A program made the position numbers and the translations under genes. From an uncultured Actinomycetota bacterium (GTDB taxonomy: Bacteria > Actinomycetota > Actinomycetes > Propionibacteriales > Nocardioidaceae), in contig CAVSEX010000003.1 in the NCBI GenBank assembly GCA_963727135.1, positions 430,349 through 494,348 on the forward strand: a stretch of DNA of 64,000 nt, in the 5' to 3' direction. Position 1 is the first letter of the stretch. Every line of letters starts with the position of its first letter. The notes under the pieces are model-generated. The model did not search any database and was not told the origin of the DNA. It was given only the letters and a program-made list of their open reading frames with translations. Below are positions 21,121 through 32,436 of the stretch, piece after piece.

Positions 21121-21395
21121 AGTACATCCTCGTCTGGTTGCTGAAGGGCTACCGGTTCGCGATCAGTCCGCTCTACGGCCAGGTCTGCCGTTACCACCCG
21201 ACGTGCTCGGCGTACGCGCTCGAAGCCGTGCAGACCCACGGTGCCTTCCGCGGCAGCTGGCTGGCGATGCGGCGAGTTGCCCGTTGCCACCCATGGGCCG
21301 CCGGGGGCCTCGACCCCGTGCCACCCGCCAAGAACCGCAGGTCAGCGACAGTGTCGGTGGCCACCCCCAACACAGGAGAACCATGGGCTTCCTAG
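21117..21395 (+). CDS. yidD: Membrane protein insertion efficiency factor YidD
   Basis: [53 protein letters not shown]. Confidence 0.9.
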   Translation: MKYILVWLLKGYRFAISPLYGQVCRYHPTCSAYALEAVQTHGAFRGSWLAMRRVARCHPWAAGGLDPVPPAKNRRSATVSVATPNTGEPWAS

Positions 21396-22447
21396 GCGAC
21401 ATCGGCTCGGCCATCATGACGCCGCTCTACTACGGCGTTTCGGCGATCTTGCTCGGTTGGCACTGGGTGTTCGACCGGGTGCTGCCGGCCGACTCGGGTT
21501 GGACGTGGGTGCTGGCCATCGTGGGCCTGACGGTCACGATCCGTGCGCTGCTGATCCCGCTGTTCGTCAAGCAGATCAAGTCCAGCCGCAACATGCAGTT
21601 GCTGCAACCGCAGATCAAGGAGCTGCAGAAGAAGTACGGTCACGACCGCGAGCGCCTGACCCAGGAGCAGATGAAGCTCTGGAAGGAGACGGGCACCAAC
21701 CCGTTCGCGTCCTGCCTTCCGTTGCTGCTCCAGATGCCGATCTTCTTCGCCCTGTTCCGAGTCATCGACCAGTCGGCGAAGCTCGGGGCGAAGGGCGCCA
21801 AGGGCTTCCTGACCGGCGGCGATGCCGAGTCGTTGTCCAACGCGAGGTTCCTCGGGGCGAAGATCGCCGACACGTTTGTCAACACCTCGGTGGTGGAGAC
21901 ACGCATCCTGACGATGGCCCTGGTCATCATCATGTGCATCACCCAGTTCACGACGCAGCGGCAGCTGATGAGCAAGAACATGCCGCCCGACGCGATGAAT
22001 GGTCCGTACGCCCAGCAGCAGAAGATGCTCCTGTACATCCTCCCGGTGGTGTTCGCAGTCGGCGGCGTGGCGTTCCCGCTCGGCGTCCTCTTCTACTGGA
22101 CGACGTCGAACTTGTGGACGATGGGTCAGCAGTTCTATGTCATCCGGAACAATCCGGCACCCGGCACGCCCGCGTTCAAGGCGAAGCAGGAGCGTGACGC
22201 CAAGCATGGGAAGACCGTCATCGAGGACCCGCTGAAGGAGCTCGAGGAGCCGCACGAGAAGCAGCCTCCTCGGCAGCAGCCGAAGAAGCAGTCGAGGAGC
22301 GAGCGCAGGAAGACCGGGAACGAGCCCGCGCCGCAGGACCGGCCCGAGCCCACCGAGAACAAGCCGCGTCCCACGCCACCGGCCCGCCAACAGCCCAAGA
22401 GCCAGTCGCGGAACAAGCGCAAGAAGAAGAAGAAGGGCAAGAGATGA
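21383..22447 (+). CDS. yidC: Membrane protein insertase YidC
   Basis: ATG 21383 with AGGAGAA upstream, in frame within track ORF 21110..22447. [46 protein letters not shown]; basic C-terminal tail [10 protein letters not shown]. Confidence 0.9.
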   Translation: MGFLGDIGSAIMTPLYYGVSAILLGWHWVFDRVLPADSGWTWVLAIVGLTVTIRALLIPLFVKQIKSSRNMQLLQPQIKELQKKYGHDRERLTQEQMKLWKETGTNPFASCLPLLLQMPIFFALFRVIDQSAKLGAKGAKGFLTGGDAESLSNARFLGAKIADTFVNTSVVETRILTMALVIIMCITQFTTQRQLMSKNMPPDAMNGPYAQQQKMLLYILPVVFAVGGVAFPLGVLFYWTTSNLWTMGQQFYVIRNNPAPGTPAFKAKQERDAKHGKTVIEDPLKELEEPHEKQPPRQQPKKQSRSERRKTGNEPAPQDRPEPTENKPRPTPPARQQPKSQSRNKRKKKKKGKR

Positions 22448-22914
22448 GTACTGAAGCAGAGAAGCTCGAGGCCGAGGGCGATGTCGCCGCCGACTTCCTC
22501 GAGGAGCTGCTCGACATCGCCGATCTTGACGGAGACATCGACATGGACGTCGATGGCGATCGTGCTGCTGTCTCGATCGTCGGTGGCGACCTGAAGCACC
22601 TGGTCGGACGCGATGGCGACGTGCTCGAGGCGTTGCAGGAACTGACGCGACTCGCCGTGTATCGGGAGACCGGTGAGCGTAGCCGGCTCATGCTCGACGT
22701 CGACGGATACCGCGCGGCGCGCCGTGCGGAGCTCGTCCAGATCGCGCAGGAGGCGATTGGCAAGGTGCAGGCGAGTGGCGAGCCTTTGCCGCTCGATCCG
22801 ATGTCGCCGTTCGAGCGAAAGGTCGTTCACGACACGGTGGCCGACGCCGGTCTCGTGAGCGAGTCCGAGGGCGAGGACACCCGCCGCCACGTCGTGATCC
22901 TGCCGGCGTCCTGA
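22444..22914 (+). CDS. jag: Jag/KhpB-like R3H domain RNA-binding protein
   Basis: ATGA overlap with yidC; KH-like [18 protein letters not shown] and R3[31 protein letters not shown]. Confidence 0.85.
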   Translation: MSTEAEKLEAEGDVAADFLEELLDIADLDGDIDMDVDGDRAAVSIVGGDLKHLVGRDGDVLEALQELTRLAVYRETGERSRLMLDVDGYRAARRAELVQIAQEAIGKVQASGEPLPLDPMSPFERKVVHDTVADAGLVSESEGEDTRRHVVILPAS

Positions 22915-22927
22915 CGGCAGGGCTGTC

Positions 22928-23545
22928 ATGCCTGTTTCACGTGAAACACCCCCGTCGTCCGCGGCGGGGGTGTTCGGTTCCCGGCTGCCGTTGGCGAATC
23001 AATTTGTCGACATGTTGGCAACCGTGGGCGTGGAGCGTGGGCTGATCGGGCCTCGCGAGGTTGCTCGGTTGTGGGAGCGGCACATACTCAACTGCGCGGT
23101 GGTCGTGCCCCGGGCGCCGATGGGGGCCACCGTGGCTGACGTCGGGTCAGGCGCCGGCTTGCCGGGTCTGGTCTGGGCCATTGCCCGACCCGACCTGCAC
23201 ATGACCCTGGTCGAACCGCTGTTGCGCCGAACGGTCTTCCTGGAAGAAGCCGTGGAGGCGCTCGGGCTCGATCAGGTGCGGGTCCTGCGGTCGCGTGCCG
23301 AGGACGTCAGCGAGACCTTCGATGTGGTGACGGCGCGGGCCGTGGCACCGCTCGAGAAGCTCGCCCGTTGGTGCCTGCCACTCGTCCGACCCGGCGGAGT
23401 GCTGCTCGCCTTGAAGGGCCAGACGGCTGAAGAAGAGGTCACTTCCTCCCGGGTAGCTCTTCACAAGCTCGGTGCTACCGATATCGTGGTGACTTCACAT
23501 GGCGACCTGCAAATTCCGACGACGGTGGTGGAGGTGACGCGGTGA
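22928..23545 (+). CDS. rsmG: 16S rRNA (guanine527-N7)-methyltransferase RsmG
   Basis: [21 protein letters not shown] motif [20 protein letters not shown]. Confidence 0.9.
   Translation: MPVSRETPPSSAAGVFGSRLPLANQFVDMLATVGVERGLIGPREVARLWERHILNCAVVVPRAPMGATVADVGSGAGLPGLVWAIARPDLHMTLVEPLLRRTVFLEEAVEALGLDQVRVLRSRAEDVSETFDVVTARAVAPLEKLARWCLPLVRPGGVLLALKGQTAEEEVTSSRVALHKLGATDIVVTSHGDLQIPTTVVEVTR
22933..22948. promoter_or_regulatory. parS centromere site (perfect 16-mer)
   Basis: TGTTTCACGTGAAACA at 22933-22948, inside codons 2-7 of rsmG. Confidence 0.85.
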
Positions 23546-23582
23546 GTGTGAGCAGCCCCTCACCGACACCGGTCGGGTGCCA

Positions 23583-23598
23583 TGTTTCACGTGAAACT
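23583..23598. promoter_or_regulatory. parS centromere site (15/16 match)
   Basis: TGTTTCACGTGAAACT at 23583-23598, in the rsmG-parA spacer. Confidence 0.75.
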
Positions 23599-23630
23599 GC
23601 GACCGTCGCATTCCCCGTCGGGGACATCGG

Positions 23631-24598
<968 letters not shown>

Positions 24599-24602
<4 letters not shown>

Positions 24603-25498
24603 ATACCCGTCGCGGACTGGGGCGTGGGCTCGAGGCGCTCATCCCGTCGTCACCGGCCGAGGCCGAGGAAAGCGGTCTGCAGGAGGTCGAGGGTGCGCGT
24701 TTCGCCGAGATCCCACTGACCCAGATCGTCCCCAACCCGCGGCAACCGCGAAAGGGCTTCGATGAGGACGAGATGTCCGAGCTCGTGCATTCCATCCAGG
24801 AGGTCGGGCTTCTCCAGCCGGTGGTCGTGCGATCCACCGGCACCGGTACCTATGAGCTCGTCATGGGGGAGCGGCGTTGGCGAGCGACACGCGAGGCTGG
24901 CCTCGACACGATCGGCGCCATCGTCCGCGACACCGACGACGACGACCTCCTGCGCGACGCCCTCTTGGAGAACCTGCACCGCTCCCAGCTCAACCCGTTG
25001 GAGGAGGCGGCGGCTTACCAGCAGCTGCTTGACGACTTCGGCTGCACGCACGAGGAGCTCGCCGAACGGATCGGGCGATCCCGCCCCCAGATCAGCAACA
25101 CGCTGCGTCTGCTCAAGCTCACGCCGAACGTCCAGCGCCGTGTCGCGGCCGGCGTGCTGTCGGCCGGTCACGCCCGCGCACTCGTGGCGGTGAGCAACGC
25201 CGAGATCCAGGACCGGCTCGCCCAGCGAGTCGTCGCAGAAGGCCTGTCGGTGCGAGCCCTCGAGGAGATCGTGACGATCGAACCGGACGGCAAGCGCCGG
25301 CCGGCCCGACGATCCGGAGCCAAGCTCCATTCACCCCGAGTGGCTGAACTCGCCGGGCGTCTCTCCGACCGGTTCGACACGCGGGTCAAGGTCGACCTCG
25401 GCCGGAGCAAGGGCAAGATCACCGTCGAGTTCGCGACGGTCGAAGACCTCGAGCGGATCGTCGAGCTGATGGACCCGCGTCGGGGCGGCAGACGCTAG
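24599..25498 (+). CDS. parB: Chromosome partitioning protein ParB (Spo0J)
   Basis: [29 protein letters not shown] region [21 protein letters not shown]; ATGA overlap with parA. Confidence 0.92.
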
Positions 25499-25554
25499 CC
25501 TGTGCCTATAGCGATAAGTCGATTTGTCGATAAACTGCTTTCAACAGGCTCAGC

Positions 25555-25878
25555 TCAGGCGAACTCGGAGAGCTCGCTGAGGATGGCCGACTTCGGGCGG
25601 ACGCCGACGATCGAACGGACGAGCTCGCCCTGGAAGTAGACGTTCATCGTGGGCAGGCCGGTGACGCGGTACTTGGCCGGGGTGGCCGGGTTCGCGTCGG
25701 CGTCCATCTCGAGAATGGTGAGCTTGTCGCCCTTTTCCTCGGCGATCTCCTTGAGGATCGGCTTGAGCTGACGACACGGTCCGCACCAGGCCGCCCAGAA
25801 GTCGACGAGCACGGGTCCGGTCGCTCCCAGTACTTTCTCGTCGAAGTCGGCGTCGGTGACGTCGGTGATCTCTGGCAT
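25555..25878 (-). CDS. trxA: Thioredoxin
   Basis: 107 aa; VLVDFWAAWCGPCR active site. Confidence 0.92.
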   Translation of the reverse strand: MPEITDVTDADFDEKVLGATGPVLVDFWAAWCGPCRQLKPILKEIAEEKGDKLTILEMDADANPATPAKYRVTGLPTMNVYFQGELVRSIVGVRPKSAILSELSEFA

Positions 25879-25914
25879 GTCTCTCCTCGGTGCTGTGTCG
25901 AACGTCTGGTGTGG

Positions 25915-26892
25915 CTAGTCCTTGATGAGTGCGGCATCGACCGCGGGTGCGCCGGCGTGCTCGAGGTCCGCCAAGAAACGCTCGGCATCGAGGGACGCGG
26001 CGCACCCGGTGCCGGCCGCGGTGACGGCCTGACGGTAGGTGTGGTCGACGAGATCGCCGCCGGCGAACACGCCAGGCAGGTTGGTGGCGGTGCTGCCGGG
26101 TTGCACGAGAACGTAGCCCTCATCGTCAAGCTCGACCTGTCCCTTGAGGAGCTCCGAGCGCGGGTCGTGACCGATCGCGATGAACAAGCCGGTGGCGTCA
26201 AGGCGGCGCAGCTCGCCGGTGAGCGTGTCGCGCAACGTGATGCCCTCGAGCCGGTCGTCGCCGTGCAGCTCGGCCACCTCGGAATTCCAGGCAAACTCGA
26301 TCTTGTCGTTGGCGAAGGCACGATCCTGCATGATCTTGGAGGCGCGGAGCTCGTCGCGACGGTGCACCAAAGTGACCTTGGTGGCGAAGCGGGTGAGGAA
26401 GGTGGCTTCCTCGATGGCGGAGTCGCCACCGCCGACCACGACGATGTTCTGCTCACGGAAGAAGAACCCATCACAGGTGGCGCACCAGCTGACGCCATGC
26501 CCGGAGAGCCGATCCTCGCCCTCGATCTCGAGCTTGCGGTAGCCGGAGCCCATGGCGAGCACGATGGCGCGGGCACGATGCGTGGTGCCGTCGGCGAGGC
26601 TGACGGTCTTGATGTCGCCGTCGAGCTGGACGGCCGTGACGTCGTCGGGGATGAGTTCGGCGCCGAACCGCTCGGCCTGGGCGCGGAACTTCTCCATCAG
26701 CTCGGGGCCCATGATGCCGTCGGGGAACCCGGGGTAGTTTTCGACGTCGGTGGTGTTGATGAGCGCGCCACCGGCGGTGACCGAGCCCTCGAACACGAGC
26801 GGAGCGAGGTTCGCGCGCGCAGCGTAGACGGCCGCGGTGTAGCCCGCGGGGCCGGAACCGATGATGATCAGGTCGCGAATGTCGTCGCTCAT
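25915..26892 (-). CDS. trxB: Thioredoxin-disulfide reductase
   Basis: ATG 26892 ([21 protein letters not shown]), in frame in track ORF 25915..26940. Redox-active CATCDG; second Rossmann [12 protein letters not shown]. Confidence 0.92.
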   Translation of the reverse strand: MSDDIRDLIIIGSGPAGYTAAVYAARANLAPLVFEGSVTAGGALINTTDVENYPGFPDGIMGPELMEKFRAQAERFGAELIPDDVTAVQLDGDIKTVSLADGTTHRARAIVLAMGSGYRKLEIEGEDRLSGHGVSWCATCDGFFFREQNIVVVGGGDSAIEEATFLTRFATKVTLVHRRDELRASKIMQDRAFANDKIEFAWNSEVAELHGDDRLEGITLRDTLTGELRRLDATGLFIAIGHDPRSELLKGQVELDDEGYVLVQPGSTATNLPGVFAGGDLVDHTYRQAVTAAGTGCAASLDAERFLADLEHAGAPAVDAALIKD

Positions 26893-27002
26893 GCATGCAC
26901 TCTCTGCTGGAAACACTGTGCCGGTACTACTGGGGTCCAACGCAGTCTAGGACGTGGACATTCCCGCCACCGGACGCCGCTCCACGCTGGAACGGCGCAG
27001 GT

Positions 27003-28571
27003 TCATCGGGTGCGACCTTCGACCGTGATCTCGCGAATCTCGCCCCGGAACCGGTCCGGCTCGATCTCCGGCAACTTGGTGAGCCACACCACGACGTAGC
27101 GGGTCAGGAAGCCGGAGGGAAGGCTCACCGAGGCGTCCGGTCCGGCGGCGTCGAGGGTGGCAATCTTGCGCAGTCCGCGGAGGCTGCGGGGTTCGTCGGC
27201 ACCTGGTGAGGAGGCGTACACCGAGACGTCGGTGGGCCCGCCGGCCAGGCGGATGCGCAGCGAACTCAGCTCGCGGGGACCGCCGAGGTCAAGCACGACT
27301 CCGACGCCGTCCTTCAGCCCGCCGAGTGCGGCCTGGCTGAAGTAGGTGGTGGTGCGCCAGCCGGTGCGGACGTCTCCATCGACGACGCGACTGACCTGCC
27401 CGGGATTCTCAGAGCGGTCGTCCCCTTGAGGGTCGAGGTCGTTCACCGACGCGACCGGCAGTGCGTGGATGGCCGAAGGGGGTGTCTCCGGGCTGGTCTC
27501 GTCGCCGCCGGTGGAGCGACTGACGAGGTAGCCGAGCACGGAGGCGATGAGCAGGAAGCCGGCGATCCCGGCGAGCACGTAACGTCGGTCGCCCTTGGTG
27601 GCGCCGAGGGCCCTGGCCTTGCCTCGCTCGAACGTGGTCGGGGGAGCCGGCTCGTACGCTTTGGGCCGGCGCCGCGGCGGTGCCAGACCCGGGGGCGGGC
27701 CATGCGGCACGACCACAGGATCAAGCCGGAGAAGGTCGGGTGAGACGCGGGTGAGTGTGGTGGGTCCGTCGGGGCTGAGTGACTCGTCGCCGATGAGGTG
27801 CAGAGCCTGGGCGACATCCTCGGCGGTCGTCAAGCGGGGACGATGATGGGCGGGCGGGTCGCCGAGGATGCGGTCGCAGACGGCATCCAGCTCCCGCGAG
27901 ACACCGGCCCGCACCTGACGAGGTCGCAGCAGCCGGCCGTGCTCGGTGGGCGCGGCGCGAAGCTGGTCGATGTGGGCGCCCGGCCAGCGACTGACGAGGC
28001 AGGCGTACAGCAGCTTGCCGAGCGAGTCGACGTCGAGACGTTCGTAGGCCTGGAGGTCGTCGATCGTGTCTTGATGGCCGGCCGGGGCGAGCGCCGAGGC
28101 GACCCCGAGGCCGACGACGCGCACCGCGCCGGACTGCTTGAGCAGCACGTGGTGCGGGGTGAGCCGGCGGTGGTAGACACCGTGCTCGTGGGCGTGCGCG
28201 ACGGCCTCGGCCACCTCGGTCATGACCCGGGCCGCGCGCGGGTTCGGCAGCGGCGATTGGGCCAGCAGCTGGTCGAGCGGAAACGCGCGGGCCCACTCCC
28301 GGACGACGAGGTGCTGCCCATGATCGTCCTCGATGAGGTCGAGCACCCGCAGGAAGCGGGGGTCGGTGACCGTGGTCGACAGCCGGGCCGCCTCGATGAA
28401 GTGGTCGGCGCGTGGGTCGCTGCTCGGGATCATCTCGATGCCGACGTTGCGATTGAGAATGCTGTCATTCGCCCGCCAGGTGACGGAGCCGAGTCGCTCG
28501 GTGACGAGATCCTGGAGCTCGTAGCGGTCGGCGAGGACGTCGCCAGACGCCATCGTGCGCCTCTCGCTCAT
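27003..28571 (-). CDS. Membrane-spanning pseudokinase with extracellular discoidin-like domain (MurJ-associated)
   Basis: ATG 28571 with GAAAGG upstream (track ORF starts at TTG 28628). Kinase fold with degenerate motifs: NVGIEMI for VAIK, YHRRLTPHH for HRDLKPxN, VGLGVA for DFG. One TM (YVLAGIAGFLLIASVLGYLV). C-terminal GWRTTTYF...LRIRLAGGPTDVSVYAS. Confidence 0.8.
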   Translation of the reverse strand: MSERRTMASGDVLADRYELQDLVTERLGSVTWRANDSILNRNVGIEMIPSSDPRADHFIEAARLSTTVTDPRFLRVLDLIEDDHGQHLVVREWARAFPLDQLLAQSPLPNPRAARVMTEVAEAVAHAHEHGVYHRRLTPHHVLLKQSGAVRVVGLGVASALAPAGHQDTIDDLQAYERLDVDSLGKLLYACLVSRWPGAHIDQLRAAPTEHGRLLRPRQVRAGVSRELDAVCDRILGDPPAHHRPRLTTAEDVAQALHLIGDESLSPDGPTTLTRVSPDLLRLDPVVVPHGPPPGLAPPRRRPKAYEPAPPTTFERGKARALGATKGDRRYVLAGIAGFLLIASVLGYLVSRSTGGDETSPETPPSAIHALPVASVNDLDPQGDDRSENPGQVSRVVDGDVRTGWRTTTYFSQAALGGLKDGVGVVLDLGGPRELSSLRIRLAGGPTDVSVYASSPGADEPRSLRGLRKIATLDAAGPDASVSLPSGFLTRYVVVWLTKLPEIEPDRFRGEIREITVEGRTR

Positions 28572-28670
28572 CGACACCCTTTCCGAGAGATCCGTGCCCA
28601 ATGCTAGTCCGGCGTGCGGGTCGCCCAAGGGTGCCGCGCGAAGTGGTGGATCACCGTCGGATCCCGATGG

Positions 28671-30326
28671 TCAGGGCCGGCGCAGGACGCTTTTCACGAC
28701 GTACGAGAGCTGGTCGAGGCCCATGAGCCGGGCCGATCCAACATAGGCACCGGCTCCCAGCAGCCCGGAGATGGCGAGCACGGCAAGAGCTTCGCCGGCG
28801 GTGTCGGTGCCGAGCCCGATGCGATCGAGTCCGGCTACGGCGCCGAGCATCACCGCAGCGGTGATGGTGCAGGCCACGGTGACGCGAACGGCAAACCTGA
28901 CGGTTTCCTGGTCGATCACCGGCCCGATGGCGCGCGAGAGGAGTGTGGTCGAGAGGGTGGCGCCCACCAGGTACGCCAGCCCGTACGACAGGGCGAGCAT
29001 CGCGGCCACTCGGCTCGGCGCAACGTCCTGGGTCAACGTGAAGGCAGCGACGACGTTGACGGTGGCGATGACGAGTTGCACGAAGAACGGCGTGCGGGTG
29101 TCCTCGTTGGCGTAGAAGCCGCGCAGCATCAAGTAGTGGACGGTGAAGGCGAGCATGGCCGGGGCGAACGCGGCGACGGTGTGGCCGATGACGTCGGCGT
29201 TGCCGCGGATACCGCCATAGGCAATGGCGTTGGCGGCGGCCGGCCCGAGGCAAGCCGCCGCGACTGCCAACGGGGCGATGATCGCGAGCGCCAGCCGGAG
29301 GGTGCGACCGAGCTCGATCCGCATCCGGTCGTGACGGTTGTCGGCCGCCAGCGCCGCGAGGGTCGGGATGACGGCCGTCGCGAGCGACACGGTGATGACG
29401 CCGTGCGGCACCTGGCTGACGAGGAAGCCGATCTCGTACACCGCGGCACCGGCGGCCTTCTCGCCGGACTCGGCGCCGTCCAATGTGCCGCGGGTGCCGA
29501 GCCGCTGGATGACGATGAACGCGATCTGGTTGGCCAGGATGAACAGCAGCGTCCACCAGCCCAGCCGAAGGGTGTGGCCGAGACCGACACCGCGGAAGTC
29601 GAAGCGCGGACGGAAGACGAAGCCGGCCCGGCGCAGGAACGGGATGAGTACGAGCGTCTGCACGACGATGCCGGCCGTCGAACCGAGTCCGAGCACCAGC
29701 GCTTGGTCGGTGCTGAAGCCGTCGGTGCCGTTGGACGTGCCGAAGACGCCGATGTAGATGCCGAGCACCGCCACGGCGACGAGGTTGTTGGCGATCGGCG
29801 CCCACATCATCGGCCCGAAGCGGCCACGAGCGTTGAGTACCTGACCGACGAGCACGAAGGCTCCGTAGAAGAACACCTGCGGCATGCACAGCCACATCAG
29901 CAGGCGGGCGGACTCGCGCTGGTTCTCGAAGCCGGGAGTGAACAGCTTCTGGTCGAACACGAGGTGCACGAGCCCGGGCACGACCAGCAACAGCACCGCG
30001 GTGGCGACGGCGAGCACGAGCAGGCCGAGCGTGATGACGCGCTGCGCGTAGGCGTCGCCTCCGTCGGCGTCCTGCTTCATCGTGCGCACGAGCTGAGGCA
30101 CGAGGACGACGTTGAAGATGCCGCCGGCCACCAGGATGTACAGCGCGTTCGGGATGGTGTTGGCGTTGTTGAACAGGTCCGCGTCCAGCAGCGTGCCAAT
30201 GGTGAACGCGATCAGCAGCAGCCGCACGAACCCGGTGATGCGCGACACGACCGTGCCGAGCGCCATCCAGGCGCTGCTGCGGGCGATGGCGCCGGGCACA
30301 GTGTCGTCGTTGGGGGGCTCAGTCAT
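28671..30326 (-). CDS. murJ: Lipid II flippase MurJ (MviN)
   Basis: ATG 30326 (ATGACTGA overlap with the upstream gene stop); SSAWMALGTVVSRITGFVRLLLIAFTIGT..., about 14 hydrophobic helices. Confidence 0.9.
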   Translation of the reverse strand: MTEPPNDDTVPGAIARSSAWMALGTVVSRITGFVRLLLIAFTIGTLLDADLFNNANTIPNALYILVAGGIFNVVLVPQLVRTMKQDADGGDAYAQRVITLGLLVLAVATAVLLLVVPGLVHLVFDQKLFTPGFENQRESARLLMWLCMPQVFFYGAFVLVGQVLNARGRFGPMMWAPIANNLVAVAVLGIYIGVFGTSNGTDGFSTDQALVLGLGSTAGIVVQTLVLIPFLRRAGFVFRPRFDFRGVGLGHTLRLGWWTLLFILANQIAFIVIQRLGTRGTLDGAESGEKAAGAAVYEIGFLVSQVPHGVITVSLATAVIPTLAALAADNRHDRMRIELGRTLRLALAIIAPLAVAAACLGPAAANAIAYGGIRGNADVIGHTVAAFAPAMLAFTVHYLMLRGFYANEDTRTPFFVQLVIATVNVVAAFTLTQDVAPSRVAAMLALSYGLAYLVGATLSTTLLSRAIGPVIDQETVRFAVRVTVACTITAAVMLGAVAGLDRIGLGTDTAGEALAVLAISGLLGAGAYVGSARLMGLDQLSYVVKSVLRRP

Positions 30327-32436
30327 CGGGATCGGCCTCCAGCGGCTCCGACGGCTCGTGCTCCGCATTGTTGCGCTTCGAGCCGCGGAAACGTCGGACC
30401 AATGCCACGACGACGAACGCGGCCGCGAGGCCGATCGCGACCCACAGCGCCGCGCCCACCCGGCTCGACCGCACGTTGAACACTGCCGGGTCGCCGAACG
30501 CCTCGCCGTCCGGGGTGATCATGCGGGCGGTGAGAGTCGCCGAGCTCTGCCGGCTCATGTCGATGGCGACGGTGAGGGTGTGCCGCTCGCCGGCCCCGAC
30601 GTCGATGGATTCGGTGTCGGGCACTCCGAGCCCCGGGTTGCTCGACTCGATCTGGACGCCCAGCCGCACTGGATGGGCGGTGTTGTTGCTGATCGTGATC
30701 GGGAAGCTGCCTTCCGAGCTGGACAGCGTGACCGCGGTGGGGCCCTCGACCGTGATGCGTGCGAGGTCGCGGTCGGCGCGGGCTGCGGCGGCCCGGGCGG
30801 CGGCCAGGCCTTCGGAGCGCAGATCGCGCCAGCGGACCCCGAGCACCTGCGCGATGTCCCGCGCATGGACGGCCTCGACGTCGGAGCTGTCCGGCGTGAC
30901 CCGGCCGATCAGGTCGGACGTGGTGGCGGCCCGGGCGGCGGCGTCGATCTGCGCCGGACTGATCGGCGCGGCTTTCGCCGTGCGCGGCACTGCGCCGTCG
31001 TACGTGGCGAGCCGCTCGTTCATCAGGTCCTCGAGGCTGACGCCGGAGACGTACGGAGCGTCGAACACCCCGTCGAGGTCGGTCCGGCCGAGCTGGTTGC
31101 CGGGGTTCCACGCCGGGTCGATGACGGCGATGGCGTCGGCCCGCGACACAGGGTCGATGCCGGTCTGCAGGGAGGCGAGTGCGGCCTCGCTGAGCATGCG
31201 CTGACGCAGCGTGGTGGTGGTCGTTGTCCCGGGCACCCCGGTGTCGAGGGCGTCGTTGACGAGCAACGGCATCGGGCCGGAGCGCGCCTTGTACTGCACC
31301 AGCGAACCGTCGCGGCGCTCCCAGCCCGGCAGGGCTTGGGGGGTGACGAGAACGGGCTGCTCGCCCGTGCCGCGGACTGCCGAGAGCAGGGGCGCAGTGA
31401 CGCCCGAGCCGGTCGGCCAGGACATGCCTCGACCGCTGAGCTGGTAGCGGGCGAGCGTCGTGGCGGTCGCGCGCTCGATGACCTCGGTGAGCTGTCCGGC
31501 CGCGGACGACTGGGTGATGCCGAGGACGTCCGGACGGTCGAAGTCGAGCACCCAGCACGCGTCGCGTCTGGCCAAGCCGCTGAGGTCCTTGAGGAACTGC
31601 TGCGCGGCCTCGCGCTGCGTCCTGGTCACCGACACGGATTCGGCCAGGTGCCGACCACGGCTGACGTCGTCGAGCCCGACGAGGAGCGCCGGGTCGACGA
31701 TGACGGTGGAAGCCTGCGCGCGGGTAGCGGCCGCGAGGTCGAGCTGATTGCGCAACATGCCGCCGGTGGACACCAGGGCGAGCAAGCCCTTGGGATCGGC
31801 GTAGTTGCCGTCGGGCCTGCGGTGATCGGGCATGACGAACGGCCACACCAGGCCGGCGGAGACCTGCTCCGGGCGCTTGTGCGTCACCATCGGCAGGAAC
31901 GTCGTGGCCCGGCCGATCGCTGCGGTGTCCCGCGAACCGTCGACGTTGGTACCGAGGATCTGGACGCCTACGGGGTAGACGCCCTCGGCACCTGAGATGG
32001 CGAGCTGCCGGTATGGCACCGACACCTCGAACCGTGTCGTCGAGCCCGGTCGCAGGTCACCGATCTCATCGATCGACGTGAGCTCGACGACGCGTTCGCC
32101 GGTGTAGGCGTTTCCGGTGTCGATCGCGTCGTCGATCTGCTTGCGAGTGGTGAACGGTGTGGTCGGGATGACGAGGTAGGCCTGCGCGTCGGTCCATGCG
32201 TGCTTGTCGTGATTGGTGACCGTGCCGGACATCGTGACCCGCGAGCCCTTCTCGAGGCTGCTCGGGCTGAGGCCGGTGATCCGGACGTCGAGGCTCGGCC
32301 CGTCCGCGGCGAGGGCCGACGACCCGAGGGGCACGAGGGGGAGGAGCACCAGGGTCGCGGCCACCGTTCGCAAGACGGCACGGCTACGGGGACCCACCCG
32401 ATCATCGTAGGACCGTGTCCGGGAAGGGCCGGGCAC
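30319..32436 (-). CDS. DUF6049-like secreted/anchored protein conserved upstream of murJ
   Basis: 705 aa; N-terminal signal-like LVLLPLVPLGSSALAADG; C-terminal TM VGAALWVAIGLAAAFVVVALV; position equivalent to mycobacterial Rv3909. Start uncertain. Confidence 0.7.
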   Translation of the reverse strand: MPGPSRTRSYDDRVGPRSRAVLRTVAATLVLLPLVPLGSSALAADGPSLDVRITGLSPSSLEKGSRVTMSGTVTNHDKHAWTDAQAYLVIPTTPFTTRKQIDDAIDTGNAYTGERVVELTSIDEIGDLRPGSTTRFEVSVPYRQLAISGAEGVYPVGVQILGTNVDGSRDTAAIGRATTFLPMVTHKRPEQVSAGLVWPFVMPDHRRPDGNYADPKGLLALVSTGGMLRNQLDLAAATRAQASTVIVDPALLVGLDDVSRGRHLAESVSVTRTQREAAQQFLKDLSGLARRDACWVLDFDRPDVLGITQSSAAGQLTEVIERATATTLARYQLSGRGMSWPTGSGVTAPLLSAVRGTGEQPVLVTPQALPGWERRDGSLVQYKARSGPMPLLVNDALDTGVPGTTTTTTLRQRMLSEAALASLQTGIDPVSRADAIAVIDPAWNPGNQLGRTDLDGVFDAPYVSGVSLEDLMNERLATYDGAVPRTAKAAPISPAQIDAAARAATTSDLIGRVTPDSSDVEAVHARDIAQVLGVRWRDLRSEGLAAARAAAARADRDLARITVEGPTAVTLSSSEGSFPITISNNTAHPVRLGVQIESSNPGLGVPDTESIDVGAGERHTLTVAIDMSRQSSATLTARMITPDGEAFGDPAVFNVRSSRVGAALWVAIGLAAAFVVVALVRRFRGSKRNNAEHEPSEPLEADPDD

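Noticed and set aside
28614-31995. Plus-strand ORFs of 621 aa and 627 aa opposite murJ and the DUF6049 gene
   Set aside because: Antisense shadows. Asp/Gly/Arg/His-rich low-complexity translations with no membrane or enzyme motifs.
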